NCBI GenBank assembly: GCA_964649575.1
Contig: CAZYRI010000002.1
Span: 1 to 57,492, forward strand
Reading direction: 5' to 3'
DNA length: 57,492 nucleotides
Source of the DNA: an uncultured Clostridium sp.
GTDB lineage: Bacteria; Bacillota_I; Bacilli_A; RF39; UBA660
The position numbers and the translations under genes are program-made. A model generated the notes under the pieces. That model ran no database searches and had not been told where the DNA came from. It worked only from the letters and a program-made list of their open reading frames with translations. Below are positions 9,112 through 19,116 of this stretch, piece after piece (the stretch's first letter is position 1; each line of letters begins with the position of its first letter).

Positions 9112-9417
9112 ATGAATAGTTATATAATTATAATTGTTATTGTTATTATATTGTTGGTATTAGGTATTATATATTTAATAATTAAGAATAGTTTAAAAGA
9201 TGGAAATGATGTTGTTAAAACTAATGAAGTGGAGAAGTTATCTCCTCATAATTCTCTTGATGTATATAGACTTAATAATTTAAATGATAATACATTTGGT
9301 ACTGTTAGAAAAGAAAAACCAATTGTAGCTCCTGATTTTGATAAGAGTAAGCCAATTGGTTATAAGAATAGGAGTTATGGTGAGCAAAGGGATTTAACTG
9401 ATGTATTTAAAAAGTAG
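9112..9417 (+). CDS. Small single-pass membrane protein, unknown function
   Basis: 101 aa with an N-terminal hydrophobic helix (IIIIVIVIILLVLGIIYLII) and RBS GAGGTG. Confidence 0.5.
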   Translation: MNSYIIIIVIVIILLVLGIIYLIIKNSLKDGNDVVKTNEVEKLSPHNSLDVYRLNNLNDNTFGTVRKEKPIVAPDFDKSKPIGYKNRSYGEQRDLTDVFKK

Positions 9418-9434
9418 GAGTTTTTCCTACTTTT
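9410..9434. terminator. Bidirectional terminator shared by convergent genes
   Basis: aaaagtagga-gttttt-cctactttt. It spans both stop codons (9415-9417 on +, 9427-9429 on -). Confidence 0.7.
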
Positions 9435-11571
9435 CTATTGGATTTATAAGTGATAATGATACTTTTTCTTTTTCTTTATTTATATCAATAACATAACATG
9501 TAACTATGTCTCCAACACTTAATACTTCGTTTGGATGTTTAATGTATTTATTAGTAATTTTTGATATATGAACAAGTCCATCATTATGAAGTCCTATGTC
9601 TATAAATGCCCCAAAGTCTACTACATTTCTTACTGTTCCTTCTAGTTTCATTCCAATTGTTAAATTATCTATTGTAAGTATATCACTTTTTAATATTGGC
9701 ATTTGATAATCTTCTCTGTAATCTCTATTTGGTCTTTTTAATGAATCTATTATGTCATTAAGTGTATATAAGTCAATATCAAGCATTTTAGATACTTCTT
9801 GTTCATTTATATTATCTAACTTTTTTATTAGTTTTTCAGTACCTAAATCATCTGTATTTAGTTCTAAATAATTTAATAGTTTTAATGTTTTATCATAACT
9901 TTCTGTGTGTATATTTGTTTTATCAAGTGGGTTAGTACCATCAACAATTCTCATAAATCCAATTGATTGTTCATATGCTTTATCACTTAATAGTTTTTTC
10001 TTTTTTATTTCTTCTCTTGATTTTATTTTACCATTTGTTTCTCTATATTTAATAATCTTATCTATTGCTGTTTTGGTAAGACCACTTATATATTTAAGTA
10101 TAGAAGGTGAAGCAGTATTTATATCAACACCTACGGTGTTAACACATTTTTCAACTGTGAAGTCTAAACTTTCTGATAATTTCTTTTGTGATACATCATG
10201 CTGATATTGTCCGACACCAATAGATTTTGGATCTATTTTAACTAATTCATTTAGTGGATCTTGAAGTCTTCTTGCGATTGAAACGGCACTTCTTTTTTCA
10301 ACAGTTAAATCTGGAAATTCATCAATAGCAAGTTTGCTTGCTGAGTAAACACTTGCTCCTGCTTCTGATACTATTGCATATTTACAATTGTTAATTTCTT
10401 TTATTGTTTCACTTACTAATTTTTCACTTTCTCTTGATGCTGTTCCATTTCCAATTGCTATAATATCTATTTTATATTTATTAATTAGGTCTTTTATTGT
10501 TTCTTTTGCTTCATTCCATTTGTTATGTGGTTCATGTGGATATATAACAGATATATTAAGTACTTTTGAAGTTTCATCTACTACTGCTAGTTTACATCCT
10601 GTTCTAAATGCTGGATCAAATCCTAAAACTCTTTTGTTTTTCATAGGTGCGATTAATAATAAATTTTCTAAGTTACCTTTGAATACTTCAATTGATGCGG
10701 CTTCACTTTGATTTGTTAGTTCACTTCTAATTTCTCTTTCCATTGATGGATATATAAGTCTTTTATAACTATCTTTTATAGCATCAATAACTATTGGTTT
10801 AACAGGAGAATCTTTTTTAATTATTTTCGATTCTAAATAAGATAATATTTCATCATTATTTACTTCTATATTTACTGATAATATTTTTTCATTTTCACCT
10901 CTGTTTATTGCTAAAACTCTATGAGGTTTTATATGTTTAACTGCTTCACTAAATTCATAATACATTTCATATGTTTTATCTGTATCTGAATCTTTCTTTT
11001 TTAGTTTTGAAGTAATAATACCATTTTTAAAGAAATAACTTCTTATCCATTTTCTATAATAAGCATTATCACTTATCCATTCAGCTATTATGTATTTAGA
11101 ACCCATAATAGCATCTTCAACGGTTTTAACATTATCATTTAAGTATTTTTTTACTGTTTCATCATTAAATGTAGTAGGGAAACTCATTATTATTTTAGCA
11201 AGTGGTTCTAGTCCATTCTTAATAGCTTCTGTTGCTTTTGTCTTTTTCTTCTCTTTATAAGGTGCATAAATATCTTCAACTTCAACTAGTTTTTTAGCAT
11301 TCATAATGTTATTTTTAATTTCATCTGTTAAAAGACCTTTTTCATCTATAAGTCTAATTACATCTTCTTTTCTTTTTAATAAGTTAACTTGATATTCATA
11401 GACTTCACTTATTTTTCTTATTTGTTCTTCATCTAAAGCACCTGTTGCTTCTTTTCTATATCTTGCGATAAATGGAATTGTATTTCCTTCTTCTAATAGT
11501 TTTAAAACAGTTTTAGCTTGTTCACTTTTAATATTTAATTCATCTTTAATATCATTAATTATATTTTTCAT
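9427..11571 (-). CDS. tex: Tex-like transcription accessory protein (YqgF/HhH/S1 domains)
   Basis: N-terminus ...TIPFIARYRKEATG.LDE.QIR..., 714 aa, with a C-terminal S1 domain (GMKLEGTVRNVVDFGAFIDIGLHNDGLVHIS). Confidence 0.9.
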   Translation of the reverse strand: MKNIINDIKDELNIKSEQAKTVLKLLEEGNTIPFIARYRKEATGALDEEQIRKISEVYEYQVNLLKRKEDVIRLIDEKGLLTDEIKNNIMNAKKLVEVEDIYAPYKEKKKTKATEAIKNGLEPLAKIIMSFPTTFNDETVKKYLNDNVKTVEDAIMGSKYIIAEWISDNAYYRKWIRSYFFKNGIITSKLKKKDSDTDKTYEMYYEFSEAVKHIKPHRVLAINRGENEKILSVNIEVNNDEILSYLESKIIKKDSPVKPIVIDAIKDSYKRLIYPSMEREIRSELTNQSEAASIEVFKGNLENLLLIAPMKNKRVLGFDPAFRTGCKLAVVDETSKVLNISVIYPHEPHNKWNEAKETIKDLINKYKIDIIAIGNGTASRESEKLVSETIKEINNCKYAIVSEAGASVYSASKLAIDEFPDLTVEKRSAVSIARRLQDPLNELVKIDPKSIGVGQYQHDVSQKKLSESLDFTVEKCVNTVGVDINTASPSILKYISGLTKTAIDKIIKYRETNGKIKSREEIKKKKLLSDKAYEQSIGFMRIVDGTNPLDKTNIHTESYDKTLKLLNYLELNTDDLGTEKLIKKLDNINEQEVSKMLDIDLYTLNDIIDSLKRPNRDYREDYQMPILKSDILTIDNLTIGMKLEGTVRNVVDFGAFIDIGLHNDGLVHISKITNKYIKHPNEVLSVGDIVTCYVIDINKEKEKVSLSLINPIEK

Positions 11572-11704
11572 TCATTTTTGACTCCTTTAATTTACTTATT
11601 TATTTTAACATAATTTATAATTTTAGTTTCTTTATATTACAGTTTCTTTACATTGACTTTAACTCTTATTTTATAGTAAAATGTTTTATAGAATAGGTGG
11701 TCTT

Positions 11705-14599
11705 ATGAAAAAGCATTTTAGAAAAATATATATTATTCTTTTTACTTTCTTTTTTTCTTTTTCAGTTTATTCATTAACTATTGATAATCCTGAGTATGAT
11801 TTATATAATAGTTTAGAAGATAAGAGTGATGTTAATGTTGCTCCGCTTGAAAAATTACTTGTATATGAAAATGTATCTAGAAATTATTTTAATAGAAATT
11901 TAAATGTTAGAACTTTTGGTAGTAGTATTTCTTCTTTCGATTTAAGAAATGATTCTGGTAAAAGAAATGTTCCTTCTATGGATAATCAAGGTACTCTTAG
12001 TTTATGTTGGGCTTTTTCTAGTAATAATGTTATTGAATCTCATTTGCTTAAAAAGGGTAATTCTGAATACAATCTTAGTGAAAATCAAATGGATTATGTT
12101 TCTAGATATTTAGGTGATACTGGTAGTTTTGGAGAGGCAAATACTATTATTAATGCTCTTAAATATTGGTATTATGGATATAGTCCTGTAACTGAAAGTT
12201 ATTTTGGTGATTATTTTACTACTTATAAAAACAGAACATTAAGAGAATATTTATATAGTGATAATACGGTCGCTGATATAAAAGAAGCTTCTTGGTTACC
12301 AGGATTTGATATAAGAAATGCTTTTAATAATTATGATGTTAATACTGTTGTGAGTCAGTTATCTACATATAATAAGACTATAAAGAATCATTTAGTTAAT
12401 TATGGAGCTATTGCTACTGGTATATATATGGATTTTTATAATAAAGAAACTAATCTTTTATATAATGATAGTAGTAAAAATTATAGTGATTATGTTTCTA
12501 GCAGTCATGCTGTTACTATAATAGGTTGGGATGATAATTATGGAACTATTAATTATAATGGATATTCTTTAAAAGGTTCTTGGCTTGCTATGAATTCTTG
12601 GGGAAATGATATTGATTATTTTTATATTTCATATTATGATCCAGATGTATATAAATATTTAATTGCTGTTAGTGATGCTGAATTAAAGGAATGGACTAAT
12701 ATATATAGTAATTATATTTATATGTATACTGATAATACAATTGATAGATATACTTTTTATAAAGGAAGTAACAATGAAACAGTTCTTGGTGTGAAAATAT
12801 TTTATACAGGTGGAAGTACTCCTAGTATTACAGTTAAAATGGGAGATGGTGTAACTACTAAAACATCATCTAGAACAGAAAAACTTCATTATGGTGTTAA
12901 TTATTTTGATGTTGAAGATTTTAGTACTGATAAAGATATTATATATGTATCTATTGATAATCCTGATAAAGCTAATTATTCAGTAAGTTTTTTTACTAAT
13001 GATAATTCAAAGGAAGAAAAATACTATGTTAAAACTAGAGATACTTTTGAAAATACAATTGGTAATAATATGAAATATCATATTTCAAGTAAAAATATAG
13101 TTTCTGGTACTAATTATGAAGTTAAAGTTATTGATAGTTATAATAATGATATTACAAATAAATTTACTATTGTTAAGAATAAAGATCTTATAAATAATTA
13201 TTCTAATTTTAACTTAATATTAAAAGAAACTTTAAGTAATACTAATTTTTCTGTTAGTGTTTATTCTAATGGATATATTGATAAGGAAGAAGAAGAAAAT
13301 AATTTAAGTGGTATGGGTACTTCTAGTAATCCTTATTTAATAACTAAAGCTGATGATTTAAAACATTTAAATGGTTCAGATGATTATTTTAAACTTATGA
13401 ATGATATTGATTTGGAATATTCTACTACTGATGCTAATGGTGTATTTTATAATAATACTAAAGGCTTTGTTCCACTTAACTTTAATGGTAAACTTGATGG
13501 TAATAATCATACAATAAGTAATTTAAATTCTTTTGTAGGTGGTTTATTTGGTAATTTAAAGAATGCTAATGTAAGTAATTTAAAACTTGATAATTTTAAT
13601 ATAAATAATATGAATGATGAAAATGATTATAGTGGTATATTTGCTTCTTATATAGTTGGTTCTGATATAAGTAATATAGAAATAAATAACTCTGTTATTA
13701 AAAGTGGTAAAACAACTGGAGCTCTTGCTGGTAGTGTTCAAATGAATGCTAATATAAATAATATACTTGTAAATGCAACTATTGATTGTGATGATTTAAC
13801 TGGTGGTTTAATAGGTCTTTTATGGATAGATGATGATAGTGAAATGAATATAACTAATACTTTTTTAAATGATACAACTATTAATGGAAAATATAAATTT
13901 TATACTGCGGCTCTTATTGGATATGCTGTTATTAATGTTAGTACTAGTGCTGATATAAATATTTCTAATAATAAAACTTATACTAATTCTACACAATTAA
14001 TAGGTATAATATCAAATACAAATAATATAAGTTATACTTATAATAATAATGAAGTTGTAACTAATATATTTGATGAGAATATTTTTAATTTATTTGATAA
14101 GAATATATGGACTTTTTCTCCTACTAATTCTCTTTATTTAGCGAGTTTTCCTAAAACTGAAAAAGCCATACCTAAATTAGAAATAGAAGTTAATAAATAT
14201 AATTTAATAGATGATATTATTAGTATTGTGGGTGATAAAAATAAAATAAGTGATATAATTAGTAATATTGTTATAGATTCAGAAATTAGTTATGAGTTTT
14301 ATGATAAAAATAATAGTATTTTAAAAGGTAATGATATAATTGGTACTGGTAGTTATATTAAAATTAATAATAATGTTTCTACTAAAAATTATTATTTTGT
14401 TATTTATGGTGATATTAATGGAGATGGAAAAGTTAATATTATTGACACTATGATGTGTGCTAATTATATTTTAGATACTAAATATGATAATTCTAATTTA
14501 CAACATAGGGCTAGTAATGTTGATAATAATAAGAGAATAGATATAGTTGATGTTATTAAAATATCTAACTTTATATTAAATCCAGAATTAGGTTTTTAG
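11705..14599 (+). CDS. Secreted multidomain papain-like (C1) cysteine protease with a GLUG-type repeat region and a C-terminal type-I dockerin
   Basis: Signal peptide. C1 catalytic motifs are QGTLSLCWAFSS (Cys), SSSHAVTIIGWDD (His) and AMNSWG (Asn). GMGTSSNPYLI...FNGKLDGNNHTISNL...GLFG is GLUG-like. The C-terminal GDINGDGKVNIIDTMMCANYIL ... NVDNNKRIDIVDVIKISNFIL is a duplicated dockerin Ca-binding segment. The ORF opens at 11681, but the RBS AGGTGG favours 11705. Confidence 0.8.
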   Translation: MKKHFRKIYIILFTFFFSFSVYSLTIDNPEYDLYNSLEDKSDVNVAPLEKLLVYENVSRNYFNRNLNVRTFGSSISSFDLRNDSGKRNVPSMDNQGTLSLCWAFSSNNVIESHLLKKGNSEYNLSENQMDYVSRYLGDTGSFGEANTIINALKYWYYGYSPVTESYFGDYFTTYKNRTLREYLYSDNTVADIKEASWLPGFDIRNAFNNYDVNTVVSQLSTYNKTIKNHLVNYGAIATGIYMDFYNKETNLLYNDSSKNYSDYVSSSHAVTIIGWDDNYGTINYNGYSLKGSWLAMNSWGNDIDYFYISYYDPDVYKYLIAVSDAELKEWTNIYSNYIYMYTDNTIDRYTFYKGSNNETVLGVKIFYTGGSTPSITVKMGDGVTTKTSSRTEKLHYGVNYFDVEDFSTDKDIIYVSIDNPDKANYSVSFFTNDNSKEEKYYVKTRDTFENTIGNNMKYHISSKNIVSGTNYEVKVIDSYNNDITNKFTIVKNKDLINNYSNFNLILKETLSNTNFSVSVYSNGYIDKEEEENNLSGMGTSSNPYLITKADDLKHLNGSDDYFKLMNDIDLEYSTTDANGVFYNNTKGFVPLNFNGKLDGNNHTISNLNSFVGGLFGNLKNANVSNLKLDNFNINNMNDENDYSGIFASYIVGSDISNIEINNSVIKSGKTTGALAGSVQMNANINNILVNATIDCDDLTGGLIGLLWIDDDSEMNITNTFLNDTTINGKYKFYTAALIGYAVINVSTSADINISNNKTYTNSTQLIGIISNTNNISYTYNNNEVVTNIFDENIFNLFDKNIWTFSPTNSLYLASFPKTEKAIPKLEIEVNKYNLIDDIISIVGDKNKISDIISNIVIDSEISYEFYDKNNSILKGNDIIGTGSYIKINNNVSTKNYYFVIYGDINGDGKVNIIDTMMCANYILDTKYDNSNLQHRASNVDNNKRIDIVDVIKISNFILNPELGF

Positions 14600-14611
14600 G
14601 AGGAAAAAAGA

Positions 14612-16291
14612 ATGAAAAGAATATTATTGTGTGTATTAAGTATAATATGTTTTATTAGTGTGAATATTAGTGTAAAAGCATTAAGTGCGACTATTGATAT
14701 TAATTGTCCTAATGCTGCTACTTCACTTGAAGAAGTTACTTGTACTGTTTATATTAATGCTAAAGATTTTAAATTAAAAGGTATTCAATTATTTTATACA
14801 GTAGATAATGGAAAATTTATTGAATTTAGAAATAGTAGTTCTATAAAAAGTTATACTATTAGTAATAAAGGAGCTATTCTTGAAGCAATAAGTCCTAATA
14901 CTGGTAAAGTAGAAATAGGAACTATTAAAATACAAATGCCTACTAATGATAAAATGAATCTTAAACTTTATGATATTATTGTTACTGATGATGGAGATAA
15001 TAGTAATATTAAGTCACTCGAGATTGAAGATAAGAGTGTTACTGTAAGAGTTAAATCTAATATCAATACACTTAAAAGTTTAAAAGTAAAAGAGGGAAAT
15101 TATATTACTGATTTTGATAGTGATAAAACAAGTTATAGTTTTGATTATGATAAAGATAAAATAACTATTGAAGGTTCTCTTACTGATTCAAGTTCTAATG
15201 TAACTGGATTTAAAACATATAATTTAAATTATGGTATAAATAATATTAATATAGTTGTTACTAGTGAAAGTGGAAATATAAGAACATATAAAATAAGTGT
15301 TAATAGACTTGATGTAAGAGATAAAACAAATACACTTGATAGTTTAATTGTTAGTGATTATAAATTAAGTCCAGAGTTTAATAAAAATACTAAATCATAT
15401 AATGTGACTGTTCCAACTACTACTGATAAAATAAATATAAGTTCAACTTTAAGTGGTAGTAAATCTTCTTATGTAAATGGATTTGGAAATAGAACAGTTA
15501 ATTTAAAGTATGGTAAAAATACTATATTAATAAAAGTTAAGAGTGAAAGTGAAAGTATAAATACTTATGAAATAACTGTTACTAGAGAAGATAATAGAAG
15601 TAGTAATAATTATTTGAAGAGTTTAAATATAAGTAGTGGTGAATTTAAATTTAATAAAAAGGTTAATGAATATGCTGTTACTGTTAAAAATGATGTTGAA
15701 AGTATTAATGTAAGTGGTGAAGTAGAGGATAACAAATCTAAAGTAACTGGATTTGGTAATTATAAATTAAAAGAAGGTGTTAACAATATAACTATTAAAG
15801 TTACTGCTGAAACTGGTAGTGTAAGAAAATATACTCTTAAAGTAACTAGAATAGTAAAAAATAATACTGTTATTCCAAATAATAATTTAAAATCACTTAC
15901 AATAAATAATTATCAAATAAACTTTGATAAGAATATTGTTTTATACAATATAACAATTGAAGATGAAAAATCTCTTGAATTTAGTTATGAAACTGAAAGT
16001 GAAGATTCTTCCGTTGTAATAAATGGTAATGAAAATTTAAAAAATGGTAGTGTAATTACAGTAAAAGTTACTGCGATTGATGGAAGTATAAAAGAATATA
16101 AATTTAATATATCTAAAAATGAAGAAATTAAAAAAGATGAACAAATAGTTCCTCATGATAAGGTACAAATATCAAAAACAAGGATAATTAAATTAATTGT
16201 TGCCTGTGTATCAATTGTTATTATAATTATATCTGTTATAATATTTGGCATAATTAATGTTTTAAAAAAGAAGGCGAGTTTATGGAAATAA
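14612..16291 (+). CDS. Membrane-anchored surface protein: cohesin-like N-domain, four cadherin-like beta-sandwich repeats and a C-terminal TM anchor
   Basis: Signal peptide. The region at roughly aa 24-150 has a cohesin-like pattern (EVTCTVYINAKDFKLKGIQLFYTVDNGKFIEF ... GKVEIGTIKIQMP ... LKLYDIIVTD). Four ~80-aa repeats follow, of the form N.L.SL.v....f..n...Y.v.v....i.i.g......v.GfG...L..G.N.I.I.V..E.G....Y.i.V.R. A C-terminal hydrophobic helix is followed by KKKASLWK. Confidence 0.6.
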   Translation: MKRILLCVLSIICFISVNISVKALSATIDINCPNAATSLEEVTCTVYINAKDFKLKGIQLFYTVDNGKFIEFRNSSSIKSYTISNKGAILEAISPNTGKVEIGTIKIQMPTNDKMNLKLYDIIVTDDGDNSNIKSLEIEDKSVTVRVKSNINTLKSLKVKEGNYITDFDSDKTSYSFDYDKDKITIEGSLTDSSSNVTGFKTYNLNYGINNINIVVTSESGNIRTYKISVNRLDVRDKTNTLDSLIVSDYKLSPEFNKNTKSYNVTVPTTTDKINISSTLSGSKSSYVNGFGNRTVNLKYGKNTILIKVKSESESINTYEITVTREDNRSSNNYLKSLNISSGEFKFNKKVNEYAVTVKNDVESINVSGEVEDNKSKVTGFGNYKLKEGVNNITIKVTAETGSVRKYTLKVTRIVKNNTVIPNNNLKSLTINNYQINFDKNIVLYNITIEDEKSLEFSYETESEDSSVVINGNENLKNGSVITVKVTAIDGSIKEYKFNISKNEEIKKDEQIVPHDKVQISKTRIIKLIVACVSIVIIIISVIIFGIINVLKKKASLWK

Positions 16292-16731
16292 AAAAGATAG
16301 TTTTATCAATATTGTTTATATCATTATTATCTGGTTGTAATTTACTTGATACTGAAGTTAATTGTAATAAAACTGCTAATACTGAAAATTATAATTATAA
16401 TATTGATATGAGGTTAATATTTGATAATAAAAATGAACTTAAAAGAGTGGTTTCTAATATAAGATATCAATTAACTGATAAAGGTATGGAAAATATTGAA
16501 CTTATGGAAGAAACATTAAAAGAGAAAAAGAATACTTATGATAAAGGTGTTTATGTTAAAGTGGATTATACTATTAATAATGGTAAGATAGAACTAACAG
16601 AAGATATAAATGTTAGAAATATTAAAGATTTAACTACATATTATGATTTATCTACTAGTTATATAGGTGATAAAACTAATAAAGATGATGTAAAGGGTAA
16701 ACTTCGTGAGAATAATTTTACTTGTAAATAA
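16282..16731 (+). CDS. Lipoprotein, unknown function
   Basis: Lipobox LLSGC at aa 15-19, and a 10-nt overlap with the upstream gene. Confidence 0.6.
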   Translation: MEIKKIVLSILFISLLSGCNLLDTEVNCNKTANTENYNYNIDMRLIFDNKNELKRVVSNIRYQLTDKGMENIELMEETLKEKKNTYDKGVYVKVDYTINNGKIELTEDINVRNIKDLTTYYDLSTSYIGDKTNKDDVKGKLRENNFTCK

Positions 16732-16764
16732 AAAGGAACTTTTAAAGAGTTCTTTTATTTTAGT
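16732..16764. terminator. Probable bidirectional terminator
   Basis: Imperfect ~10-bp hairpin aaaggaactt/gagttctttt with two G-U pairs, flanked by T/A runs, between convergent genes. Confidence 0.45.
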
Positions 16765-17003
16765 TTAAATAATACATATATGAATATAATAATAAATGTA
16801 ATTATTAATCCTAGAAGAATATAGTCTGTAATTTCCATCATTTTCTTTTTCTTAGTGACCATTTTTTCTTCTTCCATGACAGTAGTTTCTAAGATAGGTT
16901 CCATCTTAATTGTATTTAATAATTCTTTTTGTTTTTCTTGTTCCCTTAATTGTTCATCTATATCAATAATTGCTGTTGTTTCAAATTGTAATTCATTGTT
17001 CAT
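16755..17003 (-). CDS. Small tail-anchored membrane protein, unknown function
   Basis: 82 aa with an acidic N-terminal part and a C-terminal TM helix (ILLGLIITFIIIFIYVLF). There is no strong RBS, so it is kept at modest confidence. Confidence 0.4.
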   Translation of the reverse strand: MNNELQFETTAIIDIDEQLREQEKQKELLNTIKMEPILETTVMEEEKMVTKKKKMMEITDYILLGLIITFIIIFIYVLFKLK

Positions 17004-17081
17004 TTATTTCATCGCCTCTATTTTTATATATCAATCATAGCAAATATTTGTAAAGAATACAAGTTTTTTTATAATTTTTCC

Positions 17082-17110
17082 TTGACTTCTTATAAGGAAT
17101 AGGGTATTAT
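17082..17110 (+). promoter_or_regulatory. Sigma-A-type promoter for tRNA-Ser
   Basis: TTGACT (17082-17087), a 17-nt spacer, then TATTAT (17105-17110). The tRNA 5' end lies 17 nt downstream. Confidence 0.6.
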
Positions 17111-17126
17111 TTATTTGTGCCTATGT

Positions 17127-17217
17127 GGAGACATACTCAAGTGGCTGAAGAGGCGCCCCTGCTAAGGGTGTAGATCGGGAAACTGGTGCGAGAGTTCAAA
17201 TCTCTCTGTCTCCGCCA
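17127..17217 (+). tRNA. tRNA-Ser (anticodon GCT), long variable arm, encoded CCA
   Basis: Acceptor GGAGACA/TGTCTCC, anticodon stem CGCCC/GGGTG with loop CTGCTAA, T-arm GAGAG-TTCAAAT-CTCTC, discriminator G, then CCA. Confidence 0.93.
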
Positions 17218-17350
17218 GATTAAAAATAATGGTCTTGTTTTTTCTTAAATGAAAAATCAAGGCTTTTTTTGTATATATTACTTGTATAGTTTTTTCTTGT
17301 ACAAACTTCTTAAATATTGTATACTACTATTAGAAAAAAAGAGGTGTATT

Positions 17351-18997
17351 ATGACAAATAAGGATTTAGCTGATTTAATATTTCCTAATATTAATAAATC
17401 TATAAAAGATTATGATAATATATATCCAGATAGAAAGGGTAAAGTTGTAACAAGATTTGCTCCAAGTCCAACTGGTTATGTTCATATTGGTGGAATATAT
17501 CAAGCAATTATTGATTATTTAATTGCTAAAAATAATAATGGTGTATTTATGCTTAGAATAGAAGATACGGATCAAAAAAGAGAAGTTAGGGAAGCTGTTC
17601 AATTAATTAAAGAAGCACTAGAATATTATGAATTATTACCAGATGAATATGAGTTTGATGGTAAAATAATTGGTAATTATGGACCATATGTGCAAAGTGA
17701 AAGAAAAGAAATTTATCATGCATTTATTAAATATTTAATAGAAATAGGTAGAGCTTATCCTTGTTTTTGCACTAAAGAAACTCTTGAAGAATTAAGAGTG
17801 ATGCAAGAACATAAAAAACAAAGAACTGGTTATTATGGTAAATATGCTAAATGTAGAAATTTATCTGTTGATGAAATGATTAATAATATTAAAGAGGGAA
17901 AAGATTTTGTTATTAGATTTAAATCTATGGGTGATTTTGAGAAGAAATTTAAGTTTGTTGATGAGGTTAAAGGTGAACTTGAATTATCTTTGAATGATGA
18001 GGATTTTGTTATTATGAAGAGTGATAATTTACTTCCTACATATCATTTTGCTCATGTCGTTGATGATTATTTAATGGGTACAACTCATATAGTAAGAGGT
18101 GAGGAGTGGCTTAGTAGTGCTCCTAAACATGTTGAACTTTATGATGCTTTTGGTTTTGAAAGGCCAAGATATAAATATGTTCATACACCGCTTATTATAA
18201 AAAAAGAAGGAAATAGTATTAGGAAAATTAGTAAAAGAAAGGATCCAGAAGCTTCAATGGGTTATTATACTGATCTTGGTTATCCAGCTTTAGCTGTTAT
18301 TGAATCTTTAATGACTATTATTAATTCAAATTATGAAGAATGGCATAGGGAAAATCCAGATAAACCATTTACTGAATTTCAATATAATCCATCTAAAATG
18401 TCATCAAGTGGTGGATTATATGACTTAGAAAAATTAAATAGTATATCAAAAGATGTTATTTCAAAAATGAGTGCTCATGAGTTATATGAAAAGACATATA
18501 AATGGTCTCTTGATCATAGTGAAACATTAAGAAAATTAATAGAGAAAAACCCTTCATATTATGAAAGTATTTTAAATATTGAAAGAGAACAAGAAAAACC
18601 AAGAAAAGATATAGCATATTATAAAATGATAGAGGATTTAATATGGTATATGTATAATGATTTGTTTAATATTAGACATAGAGAATATGAATGGAAAAAT
18701 ATAACTAATATAGTTGAAATTAAAAATATATTAAATACTTATGTTGATAAGTATTATAGTGATGATGATGATAAAGAAACATGGTTTAATAAAGTTAAAG
18801 AATTATGTGAATTATTTGGATATGCATCAAATATTAAAGAATATAAGAAGAATCCTGGAGATTATAAAGGCAGTGTAGCTGATATTAGTACTATTATAAG
18901 AGTAGCTATCACTACAAAAGCTAATACTCCTGACTTATATGAAATAATGAAATTACTTGGTAAAGATGAGATTGTAAGAAGAATTAATTTATTATAG
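17351..18997 (+). CDS. gltX: Glutamyl-tRNA synthetase
   Basis: RFAPSPTGYVHIGG (HIGH motif), LRIEDTDQKR, KISKRK (KMSKS-like). The ORF opens at 17249, but the RBS AGAGGTG favours ATG 17351 (MTNKDLADLIF). Confidence 0.9.
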   Translation: MTNKDLADLIFPNINKSIKDYDNIYPDRKGKVVTRFAPSPTGYVHIGGIYQAIIDYLIAKNNNGVFMLRIEDTDQKREVREAVQLIKEALEYYELLPDEYEFDGKIIGNYGPYVQSERKEIYHAFIKYLIEIGRAYPCFCTKETLEELRVMQEHKKQRTGYYGKYAKCRNLSVDEMINNIKEGKDFVIRFKSMGDFEKKFKFVDEVKGELELSLNDEDFVIMKSDNLLPTYHFAHVVDDYLMGTTHIVRGEEWLSSAPKHVELYDAFGFERPRYKYVHTPLIIKKEGNSIRKISKRKDPEASMGYYTDLGYPALAVIESLMTIINSNYEEWHRENPDKPFTEFQYNPSKMSSSGGLYDLEKLNSISKDVISKMSAHELYEKTYKWSLDHSETLRKLIEKNPSYYESILNIEREQEKPRKDIAYYKMIEDLIWYMYNDLFNIRHREYEWKNITNIVEIKNILNTYVDKYYSDDDDKETWFNKVKELCELFGYASNIKEYKKNPGDYKGSVADISTIIRVAITTKANTPDLYEIMKLLGKDEIVRRINLL

Positions 18998-19030
18998 GAC
19001 TCTTACAGTCTTTTCTTTTACTTTTTTGTA

Positions 19031-19064
19031 ATAACTAATAGTTATATCAAAATAACTAGTTATT
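19031..19064. promoter_or_regulatory. Two perfect palindromes sharing the half-site ATAACTA. Candidate LysR-type operator pair.
   Basis: ATAACTAaTAGTTAT (19031-19045) and AATAACTAGTTATT (19051-19064). Their centres are ~19.5 bp apart, and they lie immediately upstream of the -35 of the lysR-family gene. Confidence 0.5.
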
Positions 19065-19066
19065 AT

Positions 19067-19095
19067 TTGACATTATAGCAAACTTTTACTATTAT
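19067..19095 (+). promoter_or_regulatory. Sigma-A-type promoter of the lysR-family gene
   Basis: TTGACA (19067-19072), a 17-nt spacer, then TATTAT (19090-19095). Confidence 0.6.
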
Positions 19096-19116
19096 ATAGT
19101 TGAAGGAAGTGGTGTT

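Noticed and set aside
17218-17350. Possible T-box leader upstream of gltX
   Set aside because: The leader is only ~130 nt. It lacks a recognisable specifier loop, a T-box consensus (AAUNNGGUGGUACCGCG-like) and a terminator/antiterminator pair. The ORF-track extension to 17249 is just an open frame through this AT-rich leader.
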